From the NCBI GenBank assembly GCA_947652325.1, contig CANTCQ010000001.1, forward strand, positions 198,725-262,724: 64,000 bases of DNA, read 5' to 3'. The notes beneath the pieces were generated by a model. That model was not told where the DNA came from, ran no database searches, and saw only the letters and a list, made by a program, of their open reading frames with translations. Position 1 is the first letter of the stretch. The number at the start of each line of letters is the position of its first letter. The DNA comes from an uncultured Mycoplasmatota bacterium (GTDB lineage: Bacteria > Bacillota_I > Bacilli_A > RF39 > UBA660). Both the position numbers and the translations under genes were made by a program. Positions 28,649 through 38,524 of this stretch are shown in pieces.

Positions 28649-31240
28649 TTATGTTCCGGAATTTGTTTGGTTGTTATTTCCACTATTTGTACCAGAGTTC
28701 GGAATGTTTGGTTTATTTGTATTACCGGTTTCATCATCAGGGTCAGTAGGAGTATCAGGATTTGTTATATTACTTAAATTTGCAGTAATGGTAAGTCCAT
28801 CACTCATATTACTTTTTAATATACTATAGCAAGCTTTGATAACAAATTTATAATTTTTAGCTTCAGTGGCAATATAGGTAAAACTGGTTTTGTCTGTATA
28901 TCCAAGACTAATTAAAGAGCCATCTTTATTTTCTAAATACACTTGGTAGCCGATAGAGCCTATATGGCTTGTATTATAAGCTATTCTTTCATTATAATAT
29001 TTTTCAGCAAAACTTGTATTTCCAAATTTATAGTTATCGTTAAAATAGGTTTGTAATTTAGTTGTATCAATTGCTTCAGGTGTTGATAGAGCATTCCATT
29101 TTAGAAGAATTTCAGTCCCTACGGTCGTTGCATTTCCATTTGTTGGAGTGGCTAGTTTATCGAATCTATTTGAGATGCTAGTTGGTTCTGTTCCCTGTTT
29201 AAATAGCTCGGTTTTCTTTAAATTATCTGGAGTATTAGCGCTGGCTAATTGCAAAGGAATTGTTCCAAATTCAATCGTTGCTTCTACAACACTACTTGGT
29301 TTTGTAAAACGAGCATTGGGTTTTAGTATTTTACTTGCAACAGCAACCATAATATCACGTCTTGCCCGACTTCCTTGCGAAGAAGTATTATATCCTTCTG
29401 TTAATTTATCGTATCCGTACCATAATGAAATAGAATAATCAGGAGTGTATACTGTATTCCAATGGTCAGGAGTTGCACTTGTTGGAATTTTTAATCTTCT
29501 AGCTTCTGCTTCTTCAATAGTTGTTGTCCCACCTTTTGCTGCAATATCTGTTCCATTTACGCGAATATTTCCACCAACACTTTTTCCACCTTGTACCAAA
29601 ATATTTGTAATCATATAAGCAGTTTCTTCACTCATAACTCGTGTTTTAGTGTATTTATAAGTGTATTCTTCTTCATTTTCTAAGTAAATAATTTTTGTAA
29701 AAGAGTAAGGTTCAATAAAATAACCCCCTCGACCAAATGCAGCATAAGCAGCACTTATTTCCAAAGGACTTGTTCCATCGAATCCTCCAATGGAAGCAGA
29801 TTCATAAAGATTTTCTCCAAAATCAATTCCTAAGTTATGAATAAATTCAATTTTTTTAGCTTCTTCTACTTGTTGGAAAGCTTGCAAGGCAGGAATATTT
29901 CGAGAATCAATTAGAGCATCTCGCATGGTAATTAATCCTACATGTTTTCCATCGTAATTTCTTATGGTTCCACCTGTTGTGTAAGTGTAAGGCTCATCAA
30001 TAAAAGTTGTTCCAGTAGAGGCATTGTTGTATTCAATTAAGGGACCATAATCAAAAATTGGTTTAGCAGTAGAACCAGGTTGCCTTTTAGTAAGAGCACG
30101 ATTGGTTCCTGTTTTTATGTAGTTTCTTCCAGGTGCAAGTCCAAGAATAGAGCCATCGACTGTTGAAGTAACTGCAATGCCGTTTTGAACTAATTCATCT
30201 TTAAATTTGTAAAGTTCTCCTTTTTCAAAAGAAGTTAAAACGTCTTGAATATTTCGGTCTAAAGTAGTAGTAATATCCATTGGAACGACACTTGGGTCCA
30301 TTCCCGTTTTTTCTTTTACTTCTGCTAAAACATATTCAATGAAAGGTTGAAGTCCCGAATTATCTGTTTTGCCATCATTTTTTGTATCTTTTAATAAAGA
30401 AGCAATCGGAATTTCTGCAGCATTTTTTGCTTCTTCTTCTGTAATGTATCCATGTCTTACCATTAAATCTAATACTACTTTTTGTCTCGATTTACAATTT
30501 TTAGGGTTTCTTATTGGGTGGAACCAAGCGGGGTTATTAAACATTCCAACCAAAATGGATGCTTCAGGTAAGGAAATATCGGAGATTGACTTTCCAAAAT
30601 AAGTTTGACTCGCTTGTTCGATTCCATAAACGCCATCATAATTTGTGCTTCCATACCCAAACCATTGTGAATTCACATAAAATTCAATTACTTCCTCTTT
30701 AGTATAAGCTTTTTCTATTTTAAAAACTGCCATATAAATGTCTGTAAATTTACGAATAATTCCTTTTATTCCTTTGGTTTCTTTTTCGCTATACGTGTTT
30801 TTTGCAATTTGCATGGTTAGGGTAGAAGCTCCTCCTGCATCATCTTGTCCCATGACTTGTTTTATACTTGCTTTTAAAAATCTAGCTGCATCTACACCGT
30901 TATGTTGAAAGAATCTTGCATCTTCTGTTGCTACTAAAGCATCAATAAATACTTGTGGTAAATCATTGTAGGTTACAAGTTCTCGATTTTCTGCACCGAC
31001 ACGCGTAATTTCTTCTCCATTTTTATCTCTTAAAATCGTGGCTTCTTTGTTATATAATTTCGTTGTATTAAAATCAGGAGCTGTTACGATAATATAAATT
31101 CCAAAAACCAAGACTGTAATTGCAGCAAGTATTCCTAAAAACATTAAAATGGTGAAGAAAATACTTCTTACTTTTCTTTTATCTTTTTTTTGCTTGGTTC
31201 CTTTCTTCTTTAATTTATTTACAATTTTTAATTTTGCCAT
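28649..31240 (-). CDS. ponA: class A penicillin-binding protein (transglycosylase/transpeptidase)
   Basis: An N-terminal TM anchor is present. The GT51 motif is EDARFFQHNGVD and the transpeptidase motif is GSTAKP (SxxK). The C-terminal tail is low-complexity and Asn/Thr/Gly-rich. Confidence 0.9.
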   Translation of the reverse strand: MAKLKIVNKLKKKGTKQKKDKRKVRSIFFTILMFLGILAAITVLVFGIYIIVTAPDFNTTKLYNKEATILRDKNGEEITRVGAENRELVTYNDLPQVFIDALVATEDARFFQHNGVDAARFLKASIKQVMGQDDAGGASTLTMQIAKNTYSEKETKGIKGIIRKFTDIYMAVFKIEKAYTKEEVIEFYVNSQWFGYGSTNYDGVYGIEQASQTYFGKSISDISLPEASILVGMFNNPAWFHPIRNPKNCKSRQKVVLDLMVRHGYITEEEAKNAAEIPIASLLKDTKNDGKTDNSGLQPFIEYVLAEVKEKTGMDPSVVPMDITTTLDRNIQDVLTSFEKGELYKFKDELVQNGIAVTSTVDGSILGLAPGRNYIKTGTNRALTKRQPGSTAKPIFDYGPLIEYNNASTGTTFIDEPYTYTTGGTIRNYDGKHVGLITMRDALIDSRNIPALQAFQQVEEAKKIEFIHNLGIDFGENLYESASIGGFDGTSPLEISAAYAAFGRGGYFIEPYSFTKIIYLENEEEYTYKYTKTRVMSEETAYMITNILVQGGKSVGGNIRVNGTDIAAKGGTTTIEEAEARRLKIPTSATPDHWNTVYTPDYSISLWYGYDKLTEGYNTSSQGSRARRDIMVAVASKILKPNARFTKPSSVVEATIEFGTIPLQLASANTPDNLKKTELFKQGTEPTSISNRFDKLATPTNGNATTVGTEILLKWNALSTPEAIDTTKLQTYFNDNYKFGNTSFAEKYYNERIAYNTSHIGSIGYQVYLENKDGSLISLGYTDKTSFTYIATEAKNYKFVIKACYSILKSNMSDGLTITANLSNITNPDTPTDPDDETGNTNKPNIPNSGTNSGNNNQTNSGT

Positions 31241-31806
31241 ATTAATTCCTCCTTATTAAAATATATTTCATCTACTATTTTCAAATAATCGAGTGTCGGA
31301 TTAAAACCGTATTTTATTTTATATCCATTTTTATTTATATATGCATATTCAATGCTTTTTCGAGCGTATTTTTCTATATAAGAAAGTAAATCTTCTCCAT
31401 TTAATAAATAAACATTTTCATTCATTTTGATAATTAGAAAAGCAATACCTTTGTGTTTGATGACTTTTTTTATGTGCTCTAGTTGATGTGGGTGAATATT
31501 CGCAAGTGGAAAAGAGGTTTTATTTTTGGTTACTTTGGCATCAAATTCAATATATTTGCCTTTATATAAACCGTTATAGTCTAGAGTAGATGGTTCTTTA
31601 AAAAAGGCACGTTCAATGACTTTTCCTTTCGGTGAGTAAGAAACTTTGGCTACTCCGATGGGGGTTGGTTTTTTAAAAATCAAAGCGATGTCTTTTTCTA
31701 GATAGTATGCATTTGAAGTATTTAAATCTTCTTCTAAATCCATTCCTCGGTTTTTATAACTTAGGGGTTTTTTGTATTCTTTTTCAATGTTATTTGGATA
31801 TTTCAC
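31228..31806 (-). CDS. recU: Holliday junction resolvase RecU
   Basis: YKNRGMDLEEDLN, TLDYNGLYKGKYIEFDAK and KTSFPLANIHPHQLEH align closely with Bacillus RecU. The gene overlaps ponA by 13 nt. Confidence 0.85.
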   Translation of the reverse strand: MKYPNNIEKEYKKPLSYKNRGMDLEEDLNTSNAYYLEKDIALIFKKPTPIGVAKVSYSPKGKVIERAFFKEPSTLDYNGLYKGKYIEFDAKVTKNKTSFPLANIHPHQLEHIKKVIKHKGIAFLIIKMNENVYLLNGEDLLSYIEKYARKSIEYAYINKNGYKIKYGFNPTLDYLKIVDEIYFNKEELIWQN

Positions 31807-31909
31807 ATTAAACCTCCTAAAAAGATTATACTATATTTTGTTTTTATTTACTATATAAGGAAAAAAACTTTACAAGGAAAGACAAGAAAAATTTTGTAGA
31901 AAAAAGTAC

Positions 31910-31948
31910 TTGACAGTGGTGGTGGTGGTGGGGGGGTTAAGTTACAAT
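31910..31948 (+). promoter_or_regulatory. promoter homologous to 20144-20174, with a (TGG)n repeat running into G7 in the spacer
   Basis: The -35 TTGACA is at 31910-31915. The sequence G(TGG)4TGGGGGGG spans 31916-31936. The -10 TACAAT is at 31943-31948, giving a 27-nt spacer. It shares TACTTGACAG..GGGG(T)TAAGTTA.AAT with the 20144 promoter. Confidence 0.6.
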
Positions 31949-31978
31949 ACCCTTTAATAAAAAGAGGGGGATTATTTT

Positions 31979-33382
31979 ATGAATTATAAAGTAGAAAATA
32001 AATTTTATGATAAAATAAAACAAAAGGTAGTAGATGGTATTTTTATAGAGGGAAAAAATTGTAGATTTAGTAGATTTGAACAGGATAAGAGTTTGCCTAA
32101 GCATTACGCTTATTTAATGCAATATAAGAATTTTAAATTTAAAGATGTACCAAAAGAAGCACAAACAAAAGAATTCTTTTTAAACATGTTTACGTATAGT
32201 GATGTTTTTAATTATATTAAAAGTCATATAAAAGAGTTTGATAGGCAATTTTTTAAAGATTTGATTACTACTAATCCGTTTGCCTTAACACTTGATAATA
32301 ATTGTTTTTCTATTATTCCAATTGAATATATTGATGAAGAAATGTGTTCTTTAGCTATTTTACAAAATAAAAATTGGTGCGACTATACGTGGTTTTATTT
32401 AGTTGTAGAAAGAAAACCACAAGTGTTAACAGAAGATTTATGGAAATTAGGAGCTCGGTTGTATGCAAGAGAAGTGAATGGTAAAAATAAATTTTTAAGT
32501 ATAACGCCTGAAAAGTATAAAGATTATGAATATTATTTAGAAATGTGTAGTTGTAATTTTAATGAAAATTGTCCATTGGATACTAATAAAGGTCATATTA
32601 TAGACACTATTCCTAAAGAAATTCTTTCTCTACGTTTTGTTTTAGATTTGTTAAAAATAGATATTCAAAGTGTTGCTAGGTTTAATGAGCAAATGCTAGA
32701 GATGAAAATTCCGTATTGTGAAGAAACTGAAAAAATATGGCAGTTTGTAGTACGACATGTTGGAGAGACAATACGGAATATAAAACTAAACGAAGAAAGA
32801 ATAGAATTCTTTTTAAGACATTATGCCAAAGATTCTCATGAATACATTTGGTGTTTTAAAAATAATTTTAAGAGATATTTAAAAAAGAAAAGAAATCTAG
32901 AAGCTCTAAAAAAGACAGAAGAAAGAACCCGAAATTTTTTGGAAAATACCTCAAAAATGGCTCTGAACGGTATTAATCAGAAACTAAAGCAAGGAGAAAA
33001 TCCAATAGATGCCATTAATGATACTAATCAATTGCTTAGGCCGTTTGAAAAATCGTATAGTATTTCACAATTACCCATCAAGTATGAAGGAGAAGTTCCT
33101 ATAGAATTTCGTAAACAATTAGATACAGAAGAGTATTTACAAATGTTTTATAAAAAAATCGGCGTTCAAATTATAGAAGAGGAGGATAATCTTTTTTATA
33201 GCGTAGTGGTGCCAGAAGGTTGGAGCGAAGAAAATGATGGGTGCTGGTGCTATGTAAAAGATGAAAATGGGAATCCTGTGATAGATTATGTTTATCAAAG
33301 CGTATTTTATGATAGAGATGCCTATGTAAAAAGGGTTTATTTATCAAAGTTAGAACAAGAAGAAAATCGAGGTCGAAAGTAA
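31979..33382 (+). CDS. hypothetical cytoplasmic protein with DUF4116-like helical repeats
   Basis: Segments of the type IP.E(Y/I)..EEMC..A(I/V).. recur. No signal peptide is present. The RBS is AGAGGGGG. Confidence 0.5.
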   Translation: MNYKVENKFYDKIKQKVVDGIFIEGKNCRFSRFEQDKSLPKHYAYLMQYKNFKFKDVPKEAQTKEFFLNMFTYSDVFNYIKSHIKEFDRQFFKDLITTNPFALTLDNNCFSIIPIEYIDEEMCSLAILQNKNWCDYTWFYLVVERKPQVLTEDLWKLGARLYAREVNGKNKFLSITPEKYKDYEYYLEMCSCNFNENCPLDTNKGHIIDTIPKEILSLRFVLDLLKIDIQSVARFNEQMLEMKIPYCEETEKIWQFVVRHVGETIRNIKLNEERIEFFLRHYAKDSHEYIWCFKNNFKRYLKKKRNLEALKKTEERTRNFLENTSKMALNGINQKLKQGENPIDAINDTNQLLRPFEKSYSISQLPIKYEGEVPIEFRKQLDTEEYLQMFYKKIGVQIIEEEDNLFYSVVVPEGWSEENDGCWCYVKDENGNPVIDYVYQSVFYDRDAYVKRVYLSKLEQEENRGRK

Positions 33383-33717
33383 TTTGAAAAATGCACAGTA
33401 TATTTGCGTATTTTTTGCCGTTTTGAACATATTTTGTCTTCTATTGTCGAAAGTCTTTTTCTTTTTTTTTGATTTAGTAAAATGGTACAAAAGGGTGATA
33501 TTTATGTTTCGATTAGAAATATTTTATAATGAAATGCTAGAAAAGATACAAAAAGCTGAACTTTTACTTACAAAGAAAAGTTTAATAAGTGAGAAGTATC
33601 CTTTATCTAAAAAAAGTATATGATATTGTAACAGCTTTTCTGATGAACGATTCTTTCTAGTCACTTGACAATATTGGCTATCCTTTATTATAATGGATAG
33701 GTAAGAAGGTGGTAACT

Positions 33718-34065
33718 ATGTATAATGAAAAGAATGAAAAAATATTATTAACTGCACAAGATATTTTTGAAAAAGATTTTAAAATTGATGCGAGAGGATA
33801 TCGTCCTCAAGAAGTTGATAAATTTTTAGATATGATTATTGCCGATTATACTGAATTTAGTGCCATTATAAAAAGACAGGAAAAAGAAATACAATCATTA
33901 ACAAGTGACAATGTGAAGTTGAAACAAGAATATAGTAAACTTCGGAGTCGTTTGGATGCTGCTAGTGATGAAGGAAGTAGTACTAGTAAAAATTCTGTTA
34001 ATAATGTGGACCTTTTAAGAAGAATTAGTCAGTTAGAAAAGGTTGTTTTTGGAAGAAATGAATAA
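33718..34065 (+). CDS. gpsB: cell-cycle protein GpsB (DivIVA domain)
   Basis: LTAQDIFEKDFKIDARGYRPQEVDKFLDMIIADY closely matches the Bacillus GpsB N-terminus. It is followed by rnpB, as in Bacillus. Confidence 0.85.
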   Translation: MYNEKNEKILLTAQDIFEKDFKIDARGYRPQEVDKFLDMIIADYTEFSAIIKRQEKEIQSLTSDNVKLKQEYSKLRSRLDAASDEGSSTSKNSVNNVDLLRRISQLEKVVFGRNE

Positions 34066-34067
34066 TT

Positions 34068-34405
34068 TGTAGGCAAATGCTGCATTATTTTTATGTAGAG
34101 GAAAGTCCATGCTCACACAGTCTGTGATGATTGTAGTGTTCGTGCTTAGGGAAAAAATAACCTAAGGAAAGTTTATCTTTACGGCGAAGAAATTACCTTT
34201 TAACTGGTAAAAGTATTTATAAAGTGCCAAAGAGACGAGTTCTTTTGGAAACGAAAGAAGTGGAACGCGGTAAACCCCACGAGTGAGAAACCCAAATTTT
34301 GGTAGGGGAGCTTTTGCTAGGAATTAGAACGATGCAAAAGACCATTTATGGTAGATAAATATTTGCCACACTCTAGTAGTGTACAGAACATGGCTTATTC
34401 AGGTT
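34068..34405 (+). ncRNA. rnpB: RNase P RNA (bacterial type B)
   Basis: The universal GAGGAAAGTCCATGCTC (P4 5' strand) and ACAGAACATGGCTTA (P4 3' strand) are present, as is CGCGGTAAACCCCACGAGTGAGAAACCC. The ends are approximate. Confidence 0.85.
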
Positions 34406-34436
34406 ATTTATTTTTATTACAAAGGAGTCGATAATC

Positions 34437-34910
34437 TTGAACGAAATTGGTGAGCTCTTTCGAGTGACCAGGGAGGAAGCTGGTGTTTCACTTAGTGAAG
34501 CCAGTAAAGATTTGGATATAAAAGAGGTTATATTAGAAAATATCGAAGATGGAAACATTGGCTGTTTTAAAGATATTTTTGTCTTAAAAAACTATATAAG
34601 CAATTATTCAAAATATTTAGGAATAGATTCTGATAAAGTAATTGATGATTTTAATGAATATATGTTTGAATATACATCTAAAATTCCAATAGCAGAGATT
34701 GAACGCCAAATAGAGGAACAAAAATCTATAAAAGATGGAAAAGATGAAATATCTTCTCCTTATACAAAAGAGAGTAGAAAACACAACAAAAGTATTTATG
34801 TTTTTTTGTATTCTGTTCTTGTACTTCTTGTCATTATGGTGGTTTTTTGGTGTGTAAAACAAATCACAATAAATAAAGCAACAGCAACATTTATAAGCTA
34901 TGTTAAATAA
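34437..34910 (+). CDS. RodZ-like HTH membrane protein
   Basis: An N-terminal XRE-type HTH (LFRVTREEAGVSLSEASKDL) is followed by a single TM helix near the C-terminus. It sits upstream of pgsA like Bacillus rodZ. The start is TTG after an AAGGAG RBS. Confidence 0.65.
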   Translation: MNEIGELFRVTREEAGVSLSEASKDLDIKEVILENIEDGNIGCFKDIFVLKNYISNYSKYLGIDSDKVIDDFNEYMFEYTSKIPIAEIERQIEEQKSIKDGKDEISSPYTKESRKHNKSIYVFLYSVLVLLVIMVVFWCVKQITINKATATFISYVK

Positions 34911-34921
34911 GGAGAGTGTGT

Positions 34922-35521
34922 ATGAACTTACCAAATAAAATTACAATGGGTAGAATCTTTTTATCTATATGTACTTTGGTTTTGCTTATTGTTCCTTGGT
35001 ACCAATTAGGTATTCAATTTCCTATTTTTACTATGATGGGTCGAGTAGTTATTGATTCAAAATATTTGGTAGCAGGTGTATTTTTCATTATTGCCTCAAT
35101 AACGGATTTTTTGGATGGATATATTGCTCGAAGCGAGAATTTGATTACGGATTCTGGAAAAGTATTAGATGCTATTGCTGATAAAGTACTTGTAAATGGT
35201 ATTTTAATTATTTTAGCTTATCAAGGTTTTATTTCTATTTTAGTTCCGATTGTAATTATTGTAAGAGATACCATTGTAGATGCCATTAAAATGGCGAGTG
35301 GAAATAAAGGTAAGGTTGTTGGAGCCAGTACAATGGGAAAAGTAAAAACCGTTTGTATGATGATTGGAATTAGTTTTATGTTATTTTATAATTTACCTTT
35401 TGAGCTTTTACATGTTCCAGTTGCTGATATTTTAATTATTTTTGCTTGTGTTTTATCGGTAGCTTCAGGATGTCAATATTATTTTGATGCAAAAAATTTG
35501 TTGTGTCAAGAAGAAAAATAA
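34922..35521 (+). CDS. pgsA: CDP-diacylglycerol--glycerol-3-phosphate 3-phosphatidyltransferase
   Basis: The CDP-alcohol phosphatidyltransferase motif is DFLDGYIARSENLITDSGKVLDAIADK. Confidence 0.9.
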   Translation: MNLPNKITMGRIFLSICTLVLLIVPWYQLGIQFPIFTMMGRVVIDSKYLVAGVFFIIASITDFLDGYIARSENLITDSGKVLDAIADKVLVNGILIILAYQGFISILVPIVIIVRDTIVDAIKMASGNKGKVVGASTMGKVKTVCMMIGISFMLFYNLPFELLHVPVADILIIFACVLSVASGCQYYFDAKNLLCQEEK

Positions 35522-35733
35522 GAATAGTTTTTTACTGTTCTTTTTTTATTTTTTATAGAAGTGAATTTCAAAAATCTGTAATCAATTTTTCTCCCTTTTT
35601 TTTAATTGGATTAGAAAAAATTTTATTTTTGTACAAAAAATGCATCACAAACAATTGTTTGTAAAAAGTGTTGACAAACTTTTTTTTCTATAATAAAATA
35701 AAGTTGTAGTGAAGATTACACGAGGGAGGATTT

Positions 35734-36780
35734 ATGAAAACAACAAAAGATGTAAAAGATAAAGATAAGGCTTTAGAATCTGTTTTAGCGGATATAGAAA
35801 AACAGTTTGGCAAAGGTGCTATTATGAAACTTGGAGAAGAAGCACATTTAGAAGTCGATATTACAAGTAGTGGTTCTTTAACTTTAGATGTTGCTTTAGG
35901 AGTTGGAGGCTATCCTAAAGGTCGTATTATTGAGATTTATGGACCAGAATCTTCTGGTAAGACAACATTTGCTTTGCATGCCATAGCAGAAGTTCAAAAA
36001 AAAGGAGGTCGTGCGGCATACATAGATGCTGAACACGCACTTGACCCTGTTTATGCAAAAAATTTGGGAGTTAATTTAAATGAGCTTTTATTATCACAAC
36101 CTGATACAGGCGAACAGGCACTTGAAATATGTGAGGCGTTGGTTCGCAGTGAAGCGGTTAATATTGTGGTTATTGATTCAGTTGCAGCGCTTGTTCCACA
36201 GGCTGAAATTGATGGAGAAATGGGAGATAGTCATGTAGGACTTCAAGCCAGATTGATGAGTCAAGCTTTAAGAAAACTATCTGGAGTTATTAGTAAAACG
36301 AAAACTACAGCTATTTTTATCAATCAATTAAGAGAAAAAGTAGGTGTTATGTTTGGAAACCCAGAAACAACTCCAGGAGGAAGAGCTTTAAAATTTTATT
36401 CTACTATTCGTTTGGATATTCGAAGAGCAGAACAAATTAAAGCTGGAGACCAAGTAATAGGAAATCGTACAACAATTAAAGTGGTTAAAAATAAAGTAGC
36501 TCCTCCATTTAAAACAGCAAGTGTTGATATTATGTATGGCGAAGGTGTTAGTCGCGAAGGAGAAATTATTGATATTGCGAGTGAATTAAACATTGTCGAA
36601 AAAAGTGGTGCTTGGTATTCTTATAATGGCGAAAAAATTGGACAGGGAAAAGAGAATGTTAAGTCACTTCTTAAAGAAAATACAAATTTACGAGAAGAAC
36701 TTGAGAAAAAAATTCGAGTTCATTATGGGTTTATTTCGGAAACTGAAAAGAAAGAAAAGATTATTTCTGGCGAAGAATAA
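35734..36780 (+). CDS. recA: recombinase A
   Basis: [22 protein letters not shown], Walker [10 protein letters not shown] and the remainder of the protein are an unmistakable RecA sequence. Confidence 0.97.
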   Translation: MKTTKDVKDKDKALESVLADIEKQFGKGAIMKLGEEAHLEVDITSSGSLTLDVALGVGGYPKGRIIEIYGPESSGKTTFALHAIAEVQKKGGRAAYIDAEHALDPVYAKNLGVNLNELLLSQPDTGEQALEICEALVRSEAVNIVVIDSVAALVPQAEIDGEMGDSHVGLQARLMSQALRKLSGVISKTKTTAIFINQLREKVGVMFGNPETTPGGRALKFYSTIRLDIRRAEQIKAGDQVIGNRTTIKVVKNKVAPPFKTASVDIMYGEGVSREGEIIDIASELNIVEKSGAWYSYNGEKIGQGKENVKSLLKENTNLREELEKKIRVHYGFISETEKKEKIISGEE

Positions 36781-36895
36781 TCTTTTTTTATATAAAAAAA
36801 ATTTATTGCTAATTTTTTATTTAAACCTTATAATATAAATATATAGACTAATTTATTAAATGAATTGCTATAGATAGAAATAATGGAGGAATTAT

Positions 36896-38452
36896 ATGAA
36901 TTTTAATTTAACATCCATTATTTTAGCTTTGATTATCGGAATTATTGTTGGAATTGTTATTATTTTAGTTTTAAATGCAATTAAAGGAAATAAAGCAGAA
37001 GAAAATGCTATTAAATTATTAGAAAATGCTAAAAAAGATGCTGATAAACATAAAAGAGATGTATTGCTTGAAATTAAAGAAGAGTCTTTTCGCTTAAAAC
37101 AAGAGAATGAAAAAGAAATAAAGCAGCGAAAAGAAGAGATAAAAGAATCAGAATCTCGTTTAATGCAACGGGAAAATAGTTTAGATAAACGTGAGGAAAT
37201 GTTGCAAAAAAGAGATGCTTTATTAGATGAACGTGATACTAATTTAGTAACAAAACAAAAAGAATTGCAAGAAAATCAAGCCAAAATGGATGAAATGTTG
37301 AAAGAAGAAATGCAACAACTTGAACAGATTTCAAAGTTTTCTCGTGATAAAGCACGTGAAATGATTATGAAACGTGTAGAAGAAGAGATGTCTTTGGAAA
37401 TTACAAATTATATTAAAGAGAAAGAAAGTGAAGCAACTTTAGTTGCAAATGAAAAAGCAAAAGATTTAATTGTTTCTAGTATGCAACGATATTCTGAGGA
37501 TGTTGCAAGCGAACAAACGGTTAGCACTATTAGTTTACCTAACGATGAAATGAAAGGGAGATTAATTGGTCGAGAAGGAAGAAATATAAGAACAATTGAA
37601 TCTGTAACAGGAGTAGATTTAATTATTGATGATACCCCAGAAGCTATTGTTGTTTCAAGTTTTGATCCGCTTCGCCGTGAAATTGCTAAAGTTACCATTG
37701 AAACTTTGATTAAAGATGGTAGAATTCATCCCTCACGTATTGAAGGAGTATACGATAAAGTGGAGAAGGATATTCATACAAAGATTACGGAAATGGGTCA
37801 AGATGCTTTGTTTAGCCTAGGACTTACAAATGTAGAACCGGAACTTGTACATTTAATTGGAAAACTTCATTTTAGAACAAGTTATGGTCAAAATGCACTA
37901 AAACATTCTATAGAAGTAGCAAATCTTTCTGGTTTAATGGCTAGTGAATTAAGAGAAAATGTGAATTTAGCAAAAAGAGCTGGACTTTTACATGATATTG
38001 GCAAATCAATTGATTTTGAAATAGAAGGTTCTCATATCGAAATAGGTTTAGATATTGCAAAAAAATATCATGAAAATGATGTTGTATTAAATGCAATAGC
38101 ATCTCACCATGGAGATGAAAAGCAAACTTCTGTCATTTCGGTTTTGGTTCAAATTGCAGATACATTATCAGCTGCTAGACCAGGTGCAAGGAATGATTCT
38201 TTAGAAAATTATATTAAGAGATTAGAACAACTTGAAGAAATTGGAAATTCTTTTGAAGGTGTAGATAAAGCTTTTGCTATGCAAGCTGGTCGTGAAGTAC
38301 GCATCATGGTTAAACCTGATGAAGTGGATGATACAACTAGTTTTAAAATGGCAAGGGATATTAAAGAGAAAATTGAGTCGGAAATGCAATATCCAGGTAC
38401 AATTAAAATTACAGTAATAAGAGAAACGAGAGCGCAGGAGGAAGCGAAGTAG
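36896..38452 (+). CDS. rny: ribonuclease Y
   Basis: The domain order is N-terminal TM helix, coiled coil, KH domain (LIGREGRNIRTIE) and HD domain (LHDIGK). Confidence 0.95.
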   Translation: MNFNLTSIILALIIGIIVGIVIILVLNAIKGNKAEENAIKLLENAKKDADKHKRDVLLEIKEESFRLKQENEKEIKQRKEEIKESESRLMQRENSLDKREEMLQKRDALLDERDTNLVTKQKELQENQAKMDEMLKEEMQQLEQISKFSRDKAREMIMKRVEEEMSLEITNYIKEKESEATLVANEKAKDLIVSSMQRYSEDVASEQTVSTISLPNDEMKGRLIGREGRNIRTIESVTGVDLIIDDTPEAIVVSSFDPLRREIAKVTIETLIKDGRIHPSRIEGVYDKVEKDIHTKITEMGQDALFSLGLTNVEPELVHLIGKLHFRTSYGQNALKHSIEVANLSGLMASELRENVNLAKRAGLLHDIGKSIDFEIEGSHIEIGLDIAKKYHENDVVLNAIASHHGDEKQTSVISVLVQIADTLSAARPGARNDSLENYIKRLEQLEEIGNSFEGVDKAFAMQAGREVRIMVKPDEVDDTTSFKMARDIKEKIESEMQYPGTIKITVIRETRAQEEAK

Positions 38453-38524
38453 TTTCTTTTTTCATACCTTGAAAAGAGATAAAAAGATGTAGTATAATTG
38501 AATAATAATAGAGGAGGAAAAAAG

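Noticed and set aside
28635-28829. 64-aa plus-strand ORF after nth.
   Set aside because: It is antisense to the low-complexity C-terminal tail of ponA and starts inside the bidirectional terminator.
33384-33623. 79-aa ORF between the 31979 gene and gpsB.
   Set aside because: It has a TTG start, no RBS and contains a T-run/terminator-like stretch. It is probably non-coding spacer in the place where Bacillus has ypsA.
34373-34934. Minus-strand ORFs 34373-34558 and 34617-34934.
   Set aside because: They are antisense to the rnpB 3' end and to the RodZ-like gene, so they are shadow ORFs.
36593-36838. 81-aa plus-strand ORF overlapping the 3' end of recA.
   Set aside because: It is an alternative frame of recA with Lys/Leu-rich junk sequence.
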